64,000 nucleotides of DNA from Naegleria gruberi (Eukaryota), in the NCBI GenBank assembly GCA_000004985.1, contig GG738927.1. One strand, 5' to 3'. A program made the translations under genes and the position numbers. The notes beneath the pieces are model-generated. The model was not told the origin of the DNA, did not search any database, and saw nothing but the letters and a program-made list of their open reading frames with translations. Shown here one piece after another: positions 11,531 to 22,474 of the stretch (position 1 is its first letter; each line of letters begins with the position of its first letter).

Positions 11531-12018
11531 TTTTATATATTATTTACAATAACTTGAAATGATGATGATTAGAGTGTGGTATTTTGAAAAATTATACAAA
11601 GTATTATATTCTAATAATACAATGAGAGAGACGGAGGAGGACAGAAAGGGACAAAGTGTGTTTGCTTCTCTGTAACAAAGGAGAGATGGTAGGAACTTTT
11701 TTTTGATAAATTTTTTAAAGCCTTGTTTGATGTTTGGTTGTTTCTGTCTATTGGTTTGCTTAAGAAACGGAGAATTGCAAAATTGTTTGTCGCTTGTTTC
11801 GTGCTTAGTCAACGCGTGGAAGAAATAACAAATCTCCGAAGGCCATTTACTGTAGAGACAAAGAATCCATTGTAAACATAGAGTCAATTAAAGATATTTG
11901 TTGTAAATGGCATAAAAAACATGATTAGAGTATCAAGCTTTTGAAGCGTGTCAGAATTTGCCATTTCTGATTCATTTTATTCAGTCAATTGTGAACTCAA
12001 AAGGTAAAATTGTAAAGT

Positions 12019-12783
12019 TTATTGATTCGAATAAATCAGTGATACGGTCGAGATGATTACAAGGAAACAAAAGACATAAACCACACCATCACTAATAGAT
12101 TTCTGCTCTTCTTTCTGAAATTCATCGTTCATTGTTTGATTTTTGAATATTTCAGATTTAACAATTTGAAAATTAATCTTTCCCACCATTTTGTCCACAA
12201 CATTTTTGGAAGAATCTCTATTTGGAAACTCTCTGGCTAACCAATTAAGCAATTCGTGAGCAGATCCCATTTTCCAATTAAAGAATTTCAATATAATTTC
12301 CTTTTTAATCTTCATTTTCCTTGAAAAATGTTGGAGTGCAAAATATTGAAGTGAAATTTTCTTAATTTCTTTAAGGTTCATATCAGAAATTCCATCAATT
12401 TTTAAAAAATCCAAATTTTTCTCTTTTTCCAAATCATATGAAAAAGTTTTCGTTCTTTCCAAATAGAAATTCTTCACATTTTCTTTAGAAATGTCACAAT
12501 TCAAAGCAATACTTTCCAATTGATGATTCATAGCAAGCTGGATATCATTTTCTAATGAAGCAAGTCTTGAATTTTCATAAAATTGTTCATTTTCGTGATA
12601 AAAATCTAGAAATGTCAAGAGGCTTTCTTCATATATTTTAGTTTTGAGAATACTGAGACAGCACTTGTCATTAATTGAAGTGCATTGAGAGATGAGTGGA
12701 TTCTCAAGAGAATGGACGAAAGATAGAGACGAAAGTAATATAAGAAAGCAATAGAGAATTATTCTATGTTTTGTAGAAGACAT
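12019..12783 (-). CDS. Hypothetical secreted/type-I membrane protein (about 254 aa) with an N-terminal signal peptide and a C-terminal hydrophobic anchor
   Basis: ATG at 12783 (MSSTKHRIILYCFLILLSSLSFVHS...), a Cys-containing ectodomain, and a C-terminal ...VVYVFCFLVIISTVSLIYSNQ stop. The ORF-track start at 12813 is a non-ATG codon. Confidence 0.45.
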   Translation of the reverse strand: MSSTKHRIILYCFLILLSSLSFVHSLENPLISQCTSINDKCCLSILKTKIYEESLLTFLDFYHENEQFYENSRLASLENDIQLAMNHQLESIALNCDISKENVKNFYLERTKTFSYDLEKEKNLDFLKIDGISDMNLKEIKKISLQYFALQHFSRKMKIKKEIILKFFNWKMGSAHELLNWLAREFPNRDSSKNVVDKMVGKINFQIVKSEIFKNQTMNDEFQKEEQKSISDGVVYVFCFLVIISTVSLIYSNQ

Positions 12784-12852
12784 TTTTTTAAGGTGTTTCG
12801 ATAGTAAACACACAAAATAAAGTTCAAATAATATTTAGACAATTGGGTATTA

Positions 12853-13025
12853 ANNNNNNNNNNNNNNNNNNNNNNNNNNNNNNNNNNNNNNNNNNNNNNN
12901 NNNNNNNNNNNNNNNNNNNNNNNNNNNNNNNNNNNNNNNNNNNNNNNNNNNNNNNNNNNNNNNNNNNNNNNNNNNNNNNNNNNNNNNNNNNNNNNNNNNN
13001 NNNNNNNNNNNNNNNNNNNNNNNNN
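12853..13025. other. Assembly gap (173 N)
   Basis: An uninterrupted run of n characters; not a biological feature. Confidence 0.97.
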
Positions 13026-14744
13026 AAGAGTATAACTGTAAAAGGAAACAATGTCTTGTCCAGTGTTTTGAACTTTGTGCCTGGAAAAACTTCATCAGAA
13101 AGTGGAAGTAGCATTGAGTTTGTAAAAACATGGCTCTATTTTTGTAAATCAACACAAACTTTCTCATTGGTCAAACCAGAAGGTCAGCACATTCTCTTTC
13201 CAAGTATTAAAAAGTGGTTCACCGTCATGGATTTCAAGCAAATTGAAATGGAAGGTGAAGAATTCAAGGTAGAGCAATTATTGAAAGAATTCTTGATATT
13301 ACTTTTCAAGTCTTGCACTTCATTCCATAAAAAAACAGAAAAGGGAATGCTAAAGAATGTTGTTGTTGCCAATTGTTTCATTTTCACAGTACCCACTGAC
13401 ACTGATCTTGAAGCAAAGAAGAGATTTAAAAGAGTTGTAAAACAAGTTATTGATGAAACATGCAAAACTTCAAGACCAATTGAAATGGATGATATCTATG
13501 TTGTTGAGGAATATTCATTGCTGTTGCGTTTGAATTCTGACAAACCGAGTACCTTGATTATTGATATCGGCCATTTGACATGTGATGCACTTGTTAAGAA
13601 AAATGATGAAATACTTCAAGTGAATGGAGAAACAAGAGGAGTTTCTCTCATCCATGAAAAGATTAAGCAGTATGATAGTAACTTCGATCCAATGGAAGTC
13701 ATGAAAAATTTGTTCGACTATAGAAGTTCAGCAGAGTTACCTGAAAAATACGAAGAGTTGAAAACAATATTCGAGGATGGTGTGAAGGAAATTGCAGAGC
13801 CCATTCTTGATCTTATTCTTCAACATGGTTGCACAGATGTTGTGATTTATGGTGCATTTATTTCTCACGACTATTTTAGAAAGTTAATTGAGAAGTATGT
13901 GACCAACATAGAATTGAGCGAGTATGTCAACAGACAATTCAATTATCTCAAAGATGAATTCAAGAATCCAATAAGGACTCCTTTCGAAGTAAGTTGTAAT
14001 CCAGATGGTGGAAGTTCATTATTGAATGGTGCTAGATGTTTAATTGAGGAAGCACTTCTTAATCGTCAAGGTTTACATCAATTAGAATATGATAGAAAGG
14101 AGCTACCTTGTATATCTCGTATTGGATTCTGCTCATTCAACGAAAAGAAGGGGTGTCTTTGTTTTGATATTGTTTGTTCACTTTTTGATGCCTACGTTAA
14201 ACAAGATACCGAGGTTTTCATCATCAAGTTCAGAAATACCATTGATGCTTCAAAGGTTGAAAACAATGAAATCACAAAGCACAACTACAAAAGTGTTGGA
14301 ATTATGGAATTTGAAAGATTTTGCGCTCTAGAAATCAAGTTTAAACCAGACCTTAAATTATTCAAAAAGGGGTTTTTCCTTCATGGAATTGTAGGTGGAG
14401 ATAACCTGAAAATACTTCTTCATTATCAAGAAGCCAACAAACAGTACTTTTGCCATGCTTTCGACATTCCAAGAACAGGAAGAAAGGATAGAATTCCTGT
14501 TAATGATATTGGAAAGGTTTTCGAAAAGGAAAATGATTGGAATACTTGGTATGGAGCTCCTTATTACATTGAGATGAATATTGAGGACAAAGATAAGTAT
14601 AGCACCATTAGGTCATCTTACTTAAACCAAATTATTAGAGGAAGAGACTGGAAATTGTTCAAAGAATTGGAAGGTGGTGAATTGACGTATCTTCCTGAGG
14701 AATCATTAGTAAATGAAGTTCAGAAAAAGAAGAGACAAAAGTAG
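13026..14744 (+). CDS. Hypothetical protein, possibly with an actin/Hsp70-like (ASKHA) ATPase fold; 5' end lost in the gap
   Basis: The ORF is open from the gap to TAG at 14742-14744 (573 aa visible). Segments such as LIIDIGHLTCDALV and DVVIYGAFISHDYFRKL...DGGSSLLNGARCLIEEAL loosely resemble the phosphate-1/phosphate-2 and adenosine motifs of sugar-kinase/Hsp70/actin-fold proteins. This is weak and needs a profile search. Confidence 0.45.
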   Translation, partial: KSITVKGNNVLSSVLNFVPGKTSSESGSSIEFVKTWLYFCKSTQTFSLVKPEGQHILFPSIKKWFTVMDFKQIEMEGEEFKVEQLLKEFLILLFKSCTSFHKKTEKGMLKNVVVANCFIFTVPTDTDLEAKKRFKRVVKQVIDETCKTSRPIEMDDIYVVEEYSLLLRLNSDKPSTLIIDIGHLTCDALVKKNDEILQVNGETRGVSLIHEKIKQYDSNFDPMEVMKNLFDYRSSAELPEKYEELKTIFEDGVKEIAEPILDLILQHGCTDVVIYGAFISHDYFRKLIEKYVTNIELSEYVNRQFNYLKDEFKNPIRTPFEVSCNPDGGSSLLNGARCLIEEALLNRQGLHQLEYDRKELPCISRIGFCSFNEKKGCLCFDIVCSLFDAYVKQDTEVFIIKFRNTIDASKVENNEITKHNYKSVGIMEFERFCALEIKFKPDLKLFKKGFFLHGIVGGDNLKILLHYQEANKQYFCHAFDIPRTGRKDRIPVNDIGKVFEKENDWNTWYGAPYYIEMNIEDKDKYSTIRSSYLNQIIRGRDWKLFKELEGGELTYLPEESLVNEVQKKKRQK

Positions 14745-15340
14745 GTCTTCTCATTTTGAATAAATTATACACGTGATAGGAAATACATCTCGAGATATTG
14801 TAATGAAATCATAAGGAAATGTTGTGGAAGATAACAATTTTAAATAAAATTCTTTTCAAATTACATGGATTTAGAATAAATATTGATATATGATCTTAGA
14901 TTATATGATCCTCAATAACAAAGTTCTACTTCCATTACTAAAAACTCATTCCCCTTTTATGGAACTCTAATATAAGAAAGTGATCTCGCAAACACCGCAA
15001 CTCCAACTCGTATTACACTCTTTCGATTACATTAGACCATCTACTTTGTGTACTCAATGGCTATTAACAACAAGGTGTAGTTGCAATAAATTGATAGAAA
15101 GAATAGAAAGAATAGTTTCATTTTAAACGAATACAATTTTGCATACTAAATTGGAGTCATTAGAAATCAATTGGCAATCAGCAAGGTTAATTAGGAGTTG
15201 AAAACCTTGTATTTTTGTTGATAGCCAATGGTTTGACTGTCTCTTTCGGTTATATTTACGAAACTTCTAGTTTGTGAAATTGCCCATCATGTTTCAACTT
15301 TCTAACACGAGATTAAAATCAACTTACCATACACAATAAA

Positions 15341-16459
15341 ATGAGTGAACATATATCCATTACCGAATCGAACAATAGTACATCAACAGAACCAACTAAA
15401 CCATCATCTGATGTAGCAACTGTTGGTTTAGATCGTCCATACACTACTGCAGAAGCTTTCTGTAGAAATATTGGACTTGTCTCAAAAGAAGAACAAGCAA
15501 AGATTGAAAGAACTTGTGTTGCAATTGCTGGCTGTGGTGGTGCAGGTATGTTGTGTTTTAAATATCTCAATTAATTAACATCTTTGTTAACTTTGACTAT
15601 TAATTGTAACATGCATTACAACAACATCTAATCATGTCGATGAAAAGGTGGAGGTTATGCAAGCGCATTGGCTAGAACAGGTGTCAGTAATTTCAAATTT
15701 GCTGATTTTGATCACTATGAATTGGTCAACTTTAACAGGCAATATGGTGCGACCGTTAATTCAATTGGCAGAAACAAGGCAATTGTCACATCTGAAATTG
15801 TGCTTGCCATTAATCCACTTGCCAAAACTAAAGCATTCACCAATGGTATTGATGAAAGTAATATTGATGATTTCCTTGATGGTGTAAATGTTGTAATGGA
15901 TGCACTCGATCTGTTTGCACCAAGAACCAGACGTTTACTCTACAAACATGCACACAAGAAGGGAATTGCTGTGTTTACTGCTGGTCCAATTGGTTATTCA
16001 TGTGCTTGGCAAATCTATCTTCCAACTGGTCCAACATTTGATGATTTCTGTTGCATGAATGATAGTATGAGTGATGAGGATTTGATAGTTAGACATTTAA
16101 TTACAGCAGCACCTGCTGGCACTCATCTGAAATATATGAAAGCAAAGAATGTTGATTTGAGTGGACATGCTGCTCCATCTCTGGGTCCTGTTTGTACTAT
16201 GTTGCATGGAATTTTGGTGATTGAGGTGATTAATTTTGTGACAGGAAAGAAGCCAATTAAGGGTGTGCCACATTATTTCCAATTTGATATGATGACCAAT
16301 CAATTCAAGACGGGCTATTTGAGATGGGGAAATAGAAATCCAATTCAAAAGCTGAAGATTTGGTATCTCAATAGATTATTGGAAAAAGGAAAGAAGGAAA
16401 GAGCATTGGAAACTAAACAACCAAAGGATACAGAAAAGGAAACTGAATTGAAGGAATAA
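15341..16459 (+). CDS. ThiF/MoeB-family E1-like adenylyltransferase (closest in pattern to Uba5), 2 exons (15341-15545, 15648-16459), about 338 aa
   Basis: GTATGT donor after ...VAIAGCGGAG. Exon 2 continues G-GYASALARTGVSNFKFADFDHYELVNFNRQ, matching the E1 nucleotide-binding motif (VAIVGVGGVGS...LLLFDYDKVELANMNR in Uba5). A later segment, DLSGHAAPSLGPVCTMLHGILV, aligns roughly with the Uba5 catalytic-Cys region (GVCAASLPTTMGVVAG). The residue at the expected Cys position appears to be His; the alignment is tentative. K/E-rich C-terminal tail. Confidence 0.75.
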
Positions 16460-16614
16460 TATGTAGATTATTGTAAATAACATTTAAAAATAATATCCTT
16501 TTCATTTCCTCTTATTGGATTCAATAGTGATAAGTATCCAAAACAGTTTCATATATTCAATCTCATCAACAAACTGCCGAATTCCAAACATCATGAACTT
16601 TTACACCTCTACGC

Positions 16615-17004
16615 ATGGTTACATTATCAGCAATTTTTAATATTATTATGGATAATCACGTGGTGATAGAATCTACTTATAATTTCTATTTGGCAACATT
16701 CTCTGTTGGATTCTTCTACAGTGCAGTGATAATATTTTGTGGAGTTGTATTTTTCTTAATCAATGATACCATTGGAATTATATGGTCTGGTTATTTAGTC
16801 CTCAAAACAATCAGAAAGGTCACCAAGAATGTGAAAAATTCCTCAGACCGAAAGTCCAGAAATCCATTCACAGTCACCTTGTCATTAATGTTTGGATTAT
16901 TGAGCTGTGAATTTCTTCAAATAGTAGCTGGCTGTGTTGCAATTGTTGGTGATGATTACAAATTCATTCTAGCTCTCGTACTATTCTATCCATTTCAATA
17001 TTGA
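16615..17004 (+). CDS. Hypothetical small multi-pass membrane protein (129 aa)
   Basis: ATG-initiated ORF with 3-4 hydrophobic stretches. No homology recognised. It could be spurious. Confidence 0.3.
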   Translation: MVTLSAIFNIIMDNHVVIESTYNFYLATFSVGFFYSAVIIFCGVVFFLINDTIGIIWSGYLVLKTIRKVTKNVKNSSDRKSRNPFTVTLSLMFGLLSCEFLQIVAGCVAIVGDDYKFILALVLFYPFQY

Positions 17005-17381
17005 AAAACAAGTAGCCAGAAAATAGCAGCACAGAAACCAGTAATAATACAGCACCAACTATCGGCATTCCCAATCAAAAGGATGAAATCTTCTTCAAAT
17101 TCCAAGATGATCAAATCTATTCGGAAAGTACTCCTTCCTCAAGCCTTTCCTCCTCATTCCTTCACCTATCTTTCTAAAGTTTAAATCTTCATAAAATTCA
17201 ATTTAATATCTATTATCAACTTAAATACTCTCTTCAATCAAAAAAGCCTTTTCCATACTACTCTCATTCATTTACCTTCATCACCAAGAAAGTCTGAAAG
17301 CAAGTCTTCAATCAATTCAATCAATTTTATTTTTTTTAATTTTGATTTAAAAAATATTGCAACAACATCATCAACTACATC

Positions 17382-17651
17382 ATGTCCTTCCTCTCTAATC
17401 CAAAACTCTTGTTGAAGAAACTCTACGGAAAGGTTGTTTCCTTAGTTTCAACACTCGGAACCATTGCTTTCACCTCTTCAACTGCTATGGTTATTTTATA
17501 TTTGCCTCTTGTCTTGAGTCAAGACCAAGAAAAGTATGCTCTTCATCGTTTGATGGCTTCAGCTTTTGGAATTAAATTGGAAAATCAAGAAGTTGCCCAA
17601 TCTGAAGTACCAATGGCATCTTTACCTCTCGGAGCAATGTCTAAATTCTAA
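17382..17651 (+). CDS. Hypothetical small protein (89 aa) with one hydrophobic segment
   Basis: ATG-initiated ORF, MSFLSNPKLLLKKLYGKVVSLVSTLGTIAFTSSTAMVILYLPLVL.... No recognised family. Confidence 0.25.
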   Translation: MSFLSNPKLLLKKLYGKVVSLVSTLGTIAFTSSTAMVILYLPLVLSQDQEKYALHRLMASAFGIKLENQEVAQSEVPMASLPLGAMSKF

Positions 17652-17810
17652 ATCTAATTGTTGATGATCATCACACAAAAATTCTTCCGTAATAATAACA
17701 TCCTCTCCTTTCCAACATGTTCCCACTTTCACAATCTACCCATAATTCCGTTTTCTTTACTTTAAATAGTACACTTCACTTGTATTAGTTTAATAAAAAT
17801 TTATTTAAAA

Positions 17811-20800
17811 TTATTGCTTTGATGCTTTAAGACAGGTCATTAAAAATCTCATATTCTTGGCATTCTTAAGTTCTTGGAAGTACAACTTGTTCAAAGACTT
17901 GAAAGTGTGGTCAGCTGATGTGAAATCGCCTTGTAACATGGCATCACTCCACATTAAAAGTTCGTGAGCCAATGCATCATTGCTAGTTTCTTGTAAAAGA
18001 GTAAAGAGTGCATTCACACTTTGAGCAATCATTCTCTTCTTTTCCAAATGAGCAGCTCCCTTATCTTCTCCTCCATATAACTTATCGAAACTTTGAGTCA
18101 AACTATCTACAACATTTTGATATCTGGCACTTGTGACATTTCTTTCAATATCAATTCCAGCATACTTTTCCAAATTTTCTCTCAAAATGGCTTGTTGATC
18201 GACAACTGGTTGAATAACCATAGGTTGTTGAATAACTTCTGATTGTGGATTCAATGTTGGTGGCATTGTAACTTGTTGCCAAGTTGGAGTCATTGATGGA
18301 GAAGAATTGCTGCTACCTGTGCTTGGTGGCATACCTCCACCCATCATTGGTGGCATACCTCCCATTGGCATTTGGTTGGATTGGAATCCAGTGGATGGTT
18401 GAATTGGTTGTGGAGCAAATGTAGCCACACCTCCCAAATTATTATTTCCACTCATTGAATTCATTCCATATCCTCCCACTGATGGCATTCCTCCGCCCAT
18501 CATTGGTGGCATACCTCCACTCATTGAGTTTGATTGGAAACCAGTAGATGGTTGAATTGGTTGTGGAGTGAAAGATGCAACTCCTCCCAAATTATTATGA
18601 ATTGGATTATGAGTACTAGTTGGTTGATGATAGACAGGTGTTGTTGTTACAGGGTTATGGACTGGTTGAGTTACAGTAACTGGTTGATGCATGGCTACAG
18701 GCTTAGCAACAGCACCAGTTGGTGGAACGATGGCTCCTGAAATTGGGGAAACTGTTGGAAGTGGTTGAGGCAACAATTGAACATCAACCTTCTTGTATCC
18801 ACTACCTCCCAATTTCTTTGTATTGGTTGGTGAATCTGATCTGGTCGAAGAAGAGATTGTAGCACTTGAGCTTGGTGGAATAGAAGAAGCATGAGTTGTT
18901 GGAGTTGGTTGTGTTGTTTGTTGTGTTGGTTTCTTCTTAATCCAAGAACTTGGCATGGAAGGAGCCTTGAGACTTTGTGGAGCCTTACCAATGGAATGAT
19001 AAAGACGATATCTCAATTCTTGAATATCAACATTGGAATAATCCTTTGGAAGAATAATTGGTTGAGATGAAGTTTGGTCAATAGCAATATTCAAACAACG
19101 GAGAGCCAATGGTAAAGTCTTTTGAACATCAACCAAACTGCCCAATTCAATACATTTCATAGCAAATGTAATATAATATTGATTCAAAACATGACCATTT
19201 TGCAACATTTGATTCAAGATAGATTCAATGTATGAAATGGTAGTTGTCTTCTTGGAGATGGAGGCATAGGTGAGATGGTGTGTATGAAGTAATTCAATCT
19301 TGGAAATCAAATCAATGAGTCTGACAGCAAAATCTGGGCTTGATGTTGAAACACCTTCAATACTCTTTTCGAATTCAGAAATCCATCTGGTGAAGATTTG
19401 TTCAATTTGTCCAGAAAGGAATGAACCCAAGAGTGATCCTAGGAGATCATCTTCAGATTGTGGTTCATTTGGTCTATCAATGAGACGTTGTTCTTCCTTT
19501 TCAACCAAAGACTTGAGAACAGAATCGATCAAAGTCTTGTTCTTTGTCATATCCAAACAGAGAGTAGCAAGTTTTTCCTTCCAACTTTCTTCAGTATGGT
19601 TAAGAACAGCATCATAATTCTTATAGACAAGATCTCTCATGGCATTAATGACGGAACCTTCCTTACTATTCAAAAATTGTTCAACAACATAATTCCACAA
19701 TTCACTATTGCCAGTAACTTTGGCCAAAACTAAGGCATCAGAAAATCTGTTACCACTCAAGCAACAGTTGATGGCTCCTTGCATATTTCCAACAATAATA
19801 TTCTTCTTAATGAGTGTGCTCAATTCCTCAGAGTTATTTCTTTCGGATTCACTTGATTGAGGTTCAACAGTTTGAGATTGTTGTTGGATAGTTTCTCTAT
19901 TGTATCCTAACAATGATTGAATCTTCTTTCCTTTTTCTTCATCAGAAGTAAACAAAATTTCCAACAAATTCCATTCCATTGATTGGCTTTCAGATTGCTT
20001 TTGCTTACAATATTGAACGCAAAGATCTCTCTTTTCTTGTGGAGAAACTTGAGAAAGAACAATCTTTTCCAATTCAATAACTTGCTTATTGAAATCGAAC
20101 ATCTTTGGTGCATCAGATTCACTAACAGAAACAGAGGCAAGAGCAGAGGCACCACTGTAAATACGAATTGGATTTGGAGTCATGAATTGTTGAACTTGTT
20201 GGTGCTTTTCCAAACTATTTTCTTCACTTTCTTGCTTGATTGTGTTATTGAAAGCAATTAATCTATTTCCAAAACACCAAGAAACACCAGCTGGTCTCTT
20301 AAGCCATTTTGGTGCAGTCTTCAAAACTGAAGCAGTTGGTTGTGAAATATTCTTGACAGAGGCATTGAATGCATTGGATTCAACATTGACAGAACTTGGA
20401 TCTTGAACACTGTAAACTTGAATCTTCTTATCAAAAGAGCTTGTTGAAAGAATAGTTGATTTGTATGACCATTGGGCATCGAAAATCCATGGATATTCTT
20501 CTTGAGTATTAACTCTTCCCTTATTATTTCTATTGGATGATGAAACTTCAGAGAAACCAGTTGAAAGTTCTCCAAGTAAATCACCAGTATTAGGATTCCA
20601 AATAAGTGAACGATTGTCCTTACCACTACTGACCAAAAGGTTACTATCTTCACGACACCAACTAACACTCAAAACACCCTTTTGATGTCCTTGTTGAGCG
20701 GATCCGAGTTCTCTGATTGGAGCATAAGCCTTTCTCAAATCCCAAACTTCAATAACTGGTCTTTCATCATCCTCACAAGCTACTAATAATTGAGTATGAA

Positions 20801-21770
20801 TATCTGGATTCCAAGCAAGAGAACTGTATCTTGATCTTGGATGATTGGCATTACTGAAAGGAACAAGAACACGTTTTTGTCTCAAATCCCAAACAACAGA
20901 TGTTCCTTGATGAGATGTTGTTGCCAAAATATATTCGAATTTTTGATTCCATTGAAGATGAGAAATTGTTTGATTTTGATGTGGATTTTTACAACCCAAA
21001 ACAACAACACCAGGTTGTTCTGGTTGCTTCAAGTTCCAGATGAAAAGTTGTCCATCTTCACCAGCACTTGCCAATAAATTGACTTGTTTTGGATTAAATT
21101 CTAAGCCACGAACACTATTTTGGTGCTTATCAAGAGTAGCAACAAGAGCAGAACTTGTTGATGAAATTTTCTTTGTCTTGGAGTAAGATTCTACCATCTT
21201 GTTAACATCAAAAAGACTAATAGTACCATCAACTTGAGCACCAGCAACAATACCAAGTGATTCTCCTGTTGATCCCGGAGTACCCCAAGAAAGTCTGTTA
21301 AAACGATCAGGTGCTTCGATTTGAGCAACTAATTTTGGATGCTTTCTAGCAGCTTCCTTTTTCTTCTTTTCCTCTTCCTCTGTTGAGATTAATTCGTTTT
21401 GTTGATGAGTAGAACCCAATGATGAAAAGAAAGCTGATGAAGAACTATTTGAGAAGAAATCATCATCGTTACTTTGGAAAATATCTGATGAATCTGTTGA
21501 TTCTTGTTGTTGTTGTACGGATTCTTCTTCAACAGGGGTTTCTTCACTCTCTTCATATTTTGTGCTTAAACTACTGATTTGCTTTCCTGTAAAGCTTGGC
21601 AATATACTGTATATTTCTAAAGTTGCTCCAGTACCTGCTTGTTGACTAGATCTCAGCGATTCATTCCAATCCAACGAGCCAGCCAGAGAACCAACAGCCA
21701 TCAAATCGGTGTGGTCTTGAATAGGACACCAAGAAAGTGTACCAGACTTGTTAACGGAAGTGAGTCTCAT
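17811..21770 (-). CDS. sec31: COPII coat protein Sec31 (WD40 beta-propeller, alpha-solenoid, and Pro/Gly/Met-rich region), 1319 aa, single exon
   Basis: ATG at 21770 and TAA at 17811-17813. N-terminus MRLTSVNKSGTLSWCPIQDHTDLMAVGSLAGSLD... with WD repeats, as in Sec31. A central helical region is followed by a long PPMMGGGMPP / QPVTVTQPVHNPV proline-rich segment and a conserved C-terminal domain. The antisense ORFs inside this span (18534, 18695, 19300, 19458, 19907, 19983, 20321, 20841) are shadow ORFs. Confidence 0.85.
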   Translation of the reverse strand: MRLTSVNKSGTLSWCPIQDHTDLMAVGSLAGSLDWNESLRSSQQAGTGATLEIYSILPSFTGKQISSLSTKYEESEETPVEEESVQQQQESTDSSDIFQSNDDDFFSNSSSSAFFSSLGSTHQQNELISTEEEEKKKKEAARKHPKLVAQIEAPDRFNRLSWGTPGSTGESLGIVAGAQVDGTISLFDVNKMVESYSKTKKISSTSSALVATLDKHQNSVRGLEFNPKQVNLLASAGEDGQLFIWNLKQPEQPGVVVLGCKNPHQNQTISHLQWNQKFEYILATTSHQGTSVVWDLRQKRVLVPFSNANHPRSRYSSLAWNPDIHTQLLVACEDDERPVIEVWDLRKAYAPIRELGSAQQGHQKGVLSVSWCREDSNLLVSSGKDNRSLIWNPNTGDLLGELSTGFSEVSSSNRNNKGRVNTQEEYPWIFDAQWSYKSTILSTSSFDKKIQVYSVQDPSSVNVESNAFNASVKNISQPTASVLKTAPKWLKRPAGVSWCFGNRLIAFNNTIKQESEENSLEKHQQVQQFMTPNPIRIYSGASALASVSVSESDAPKMFDFNKQVIELEKIVLSQVSPQEKRDLCVQYCKQKQSESQSMEWNLLEILFTSDEEKGKKIQSLLGYNRETIQQQSQTVEPQSSESERNNSEELSTLIKKNIIVGNMQGAINCCLSGNRFSDALVLAKVTGNSELWNYVVEQFLNSKEGSVINAMRDLVYKNYDAVLNHTEESWKEKLATLCLDMTKNKTLIDSVLKSLVEKEEQRLIDRPNEPQSEDDLLGSLLGSFLSGQIEQIFTRWISEFEKSIEGVSTSSPDFAVRLIDLISKIELLHTHHLTYASISKKTTTISYIESILNQMLQNGHVLNQYYITFAMKCIELGSLVDVQKTLPLALRCLNIAIDQTSSQPIILPKDYSNVDIQELRYRLYHSIGKAPQSLKAPSMPSSWIKKKPTQQTTQPTPTTHASSIPPSSSATISSSTRSDSPTNTKKLGGSGYKKVDVQLLPQPLPTVSPISGAIVPPTGAVAKPVAMHQPVTVTQPVHNPVTTTPVYHQPTSTHNPIHNNLGGVASFTPQPIQPSTGFQSNSMSGGMPPMMGGGMPSVGGYGMNSMSGNNNLGGVATFAPQPIQPSTGFQSNQMPMGGMPPMMGGGMPPSTGSSNSSPSMTPTWQQVTMPPTLNPQSEVIQQPMVIQPVVDQQAILRENLEKYAGIDIERNVTSARYQNVVDSLTQSFDKLYGGEDKGAAHLEKKRMIAQSVNALFTLLQETSNDALAHELLMWSDAMLQGDFTSADHTFKSLNKLYFQELKNAKNMRFLMTCLKASKQ

Positions 21771-22474
21771 CTCTGTGGCCTTTGTTTTATTTTTTTAAAA
21801 TAATAAAATTTGATGACGATGGCAGTCATGAATAAGCTGTTGTTTTTATTGTGTGATGAGGTAAGCTAATACATCATCAGAATAGTGTAGTGTTGTAGAT
21901 ACAATATGATGAGGTAATATGGTAACAGATAACGCGAGACAACTGTAGAATGATTATTTAATGCTTACAAAAAGAGTTTCATCAAGATGTGCTGACAATA
22001 ATGTTTTGGCCTCTCAAGAATCCTTTTTGTATTGAACCTTAAATGAATTCTATTTCGAAACAAGGCAGTCAAGCAATTATTTGATTTAATTTTCGTTCAG
22101 TTTCTTCCCTGTCATTGCAATATTTATTTTGTAATCTTTGGATTACATTAATGTAATGAAACATAGGCAATTTATTATTTGACTGCAATCTTTCCGTTGT
22201 TTTTGTAAAGTTCAATCAATTGATAACAATGTCATCATCTTAATTAAAATACTAATGAAATCAAATTAAATCTACGTCCGCCTTTGACGGGCATAACAGT
22301 CTGACGGACCATCAAACAATTCAAATATTCCATCAAATAAACCCAATAAAGGTCCCAACAATTTAAAAAAAATAACAACAAGATAAGAGAGAGCTGCAAA
22401 CTCCCTAGAATTGTTATCTACATTGTTCATAATATCATCGGAATACATTGCTACAATAAATTATAAAAGAGAAA

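Noticed and set aside
11540-11887. 115-aa minus-strand ORF upstream of citrate synthase
   Set aside because: Low-complexity translation in the 5' flank or UTR region of the citrate synthase gene, no ATG context and no homology; it is most likely non-coding.
12824-13167. ORF-track ORFs reading through the X/N run (12824-13114 minus, 12850-13167 minus)
   Set aside because: They are open only because N translates to X. It is an assembly gap, not sequence.
18534-21077. Several 64-115-aa ORFs on the plus strand inside the Sec31 locus (18534, 19300, 19458, 19983, 20841) and minus-strand ORFs at 18695, 19907 and 20321
   Set aside because: They are shadow ORFs in alternative frames or antisense to the 1319-aa Sec31 reading frame, which has clear homology. 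They have low-complexity translations and no independent support.
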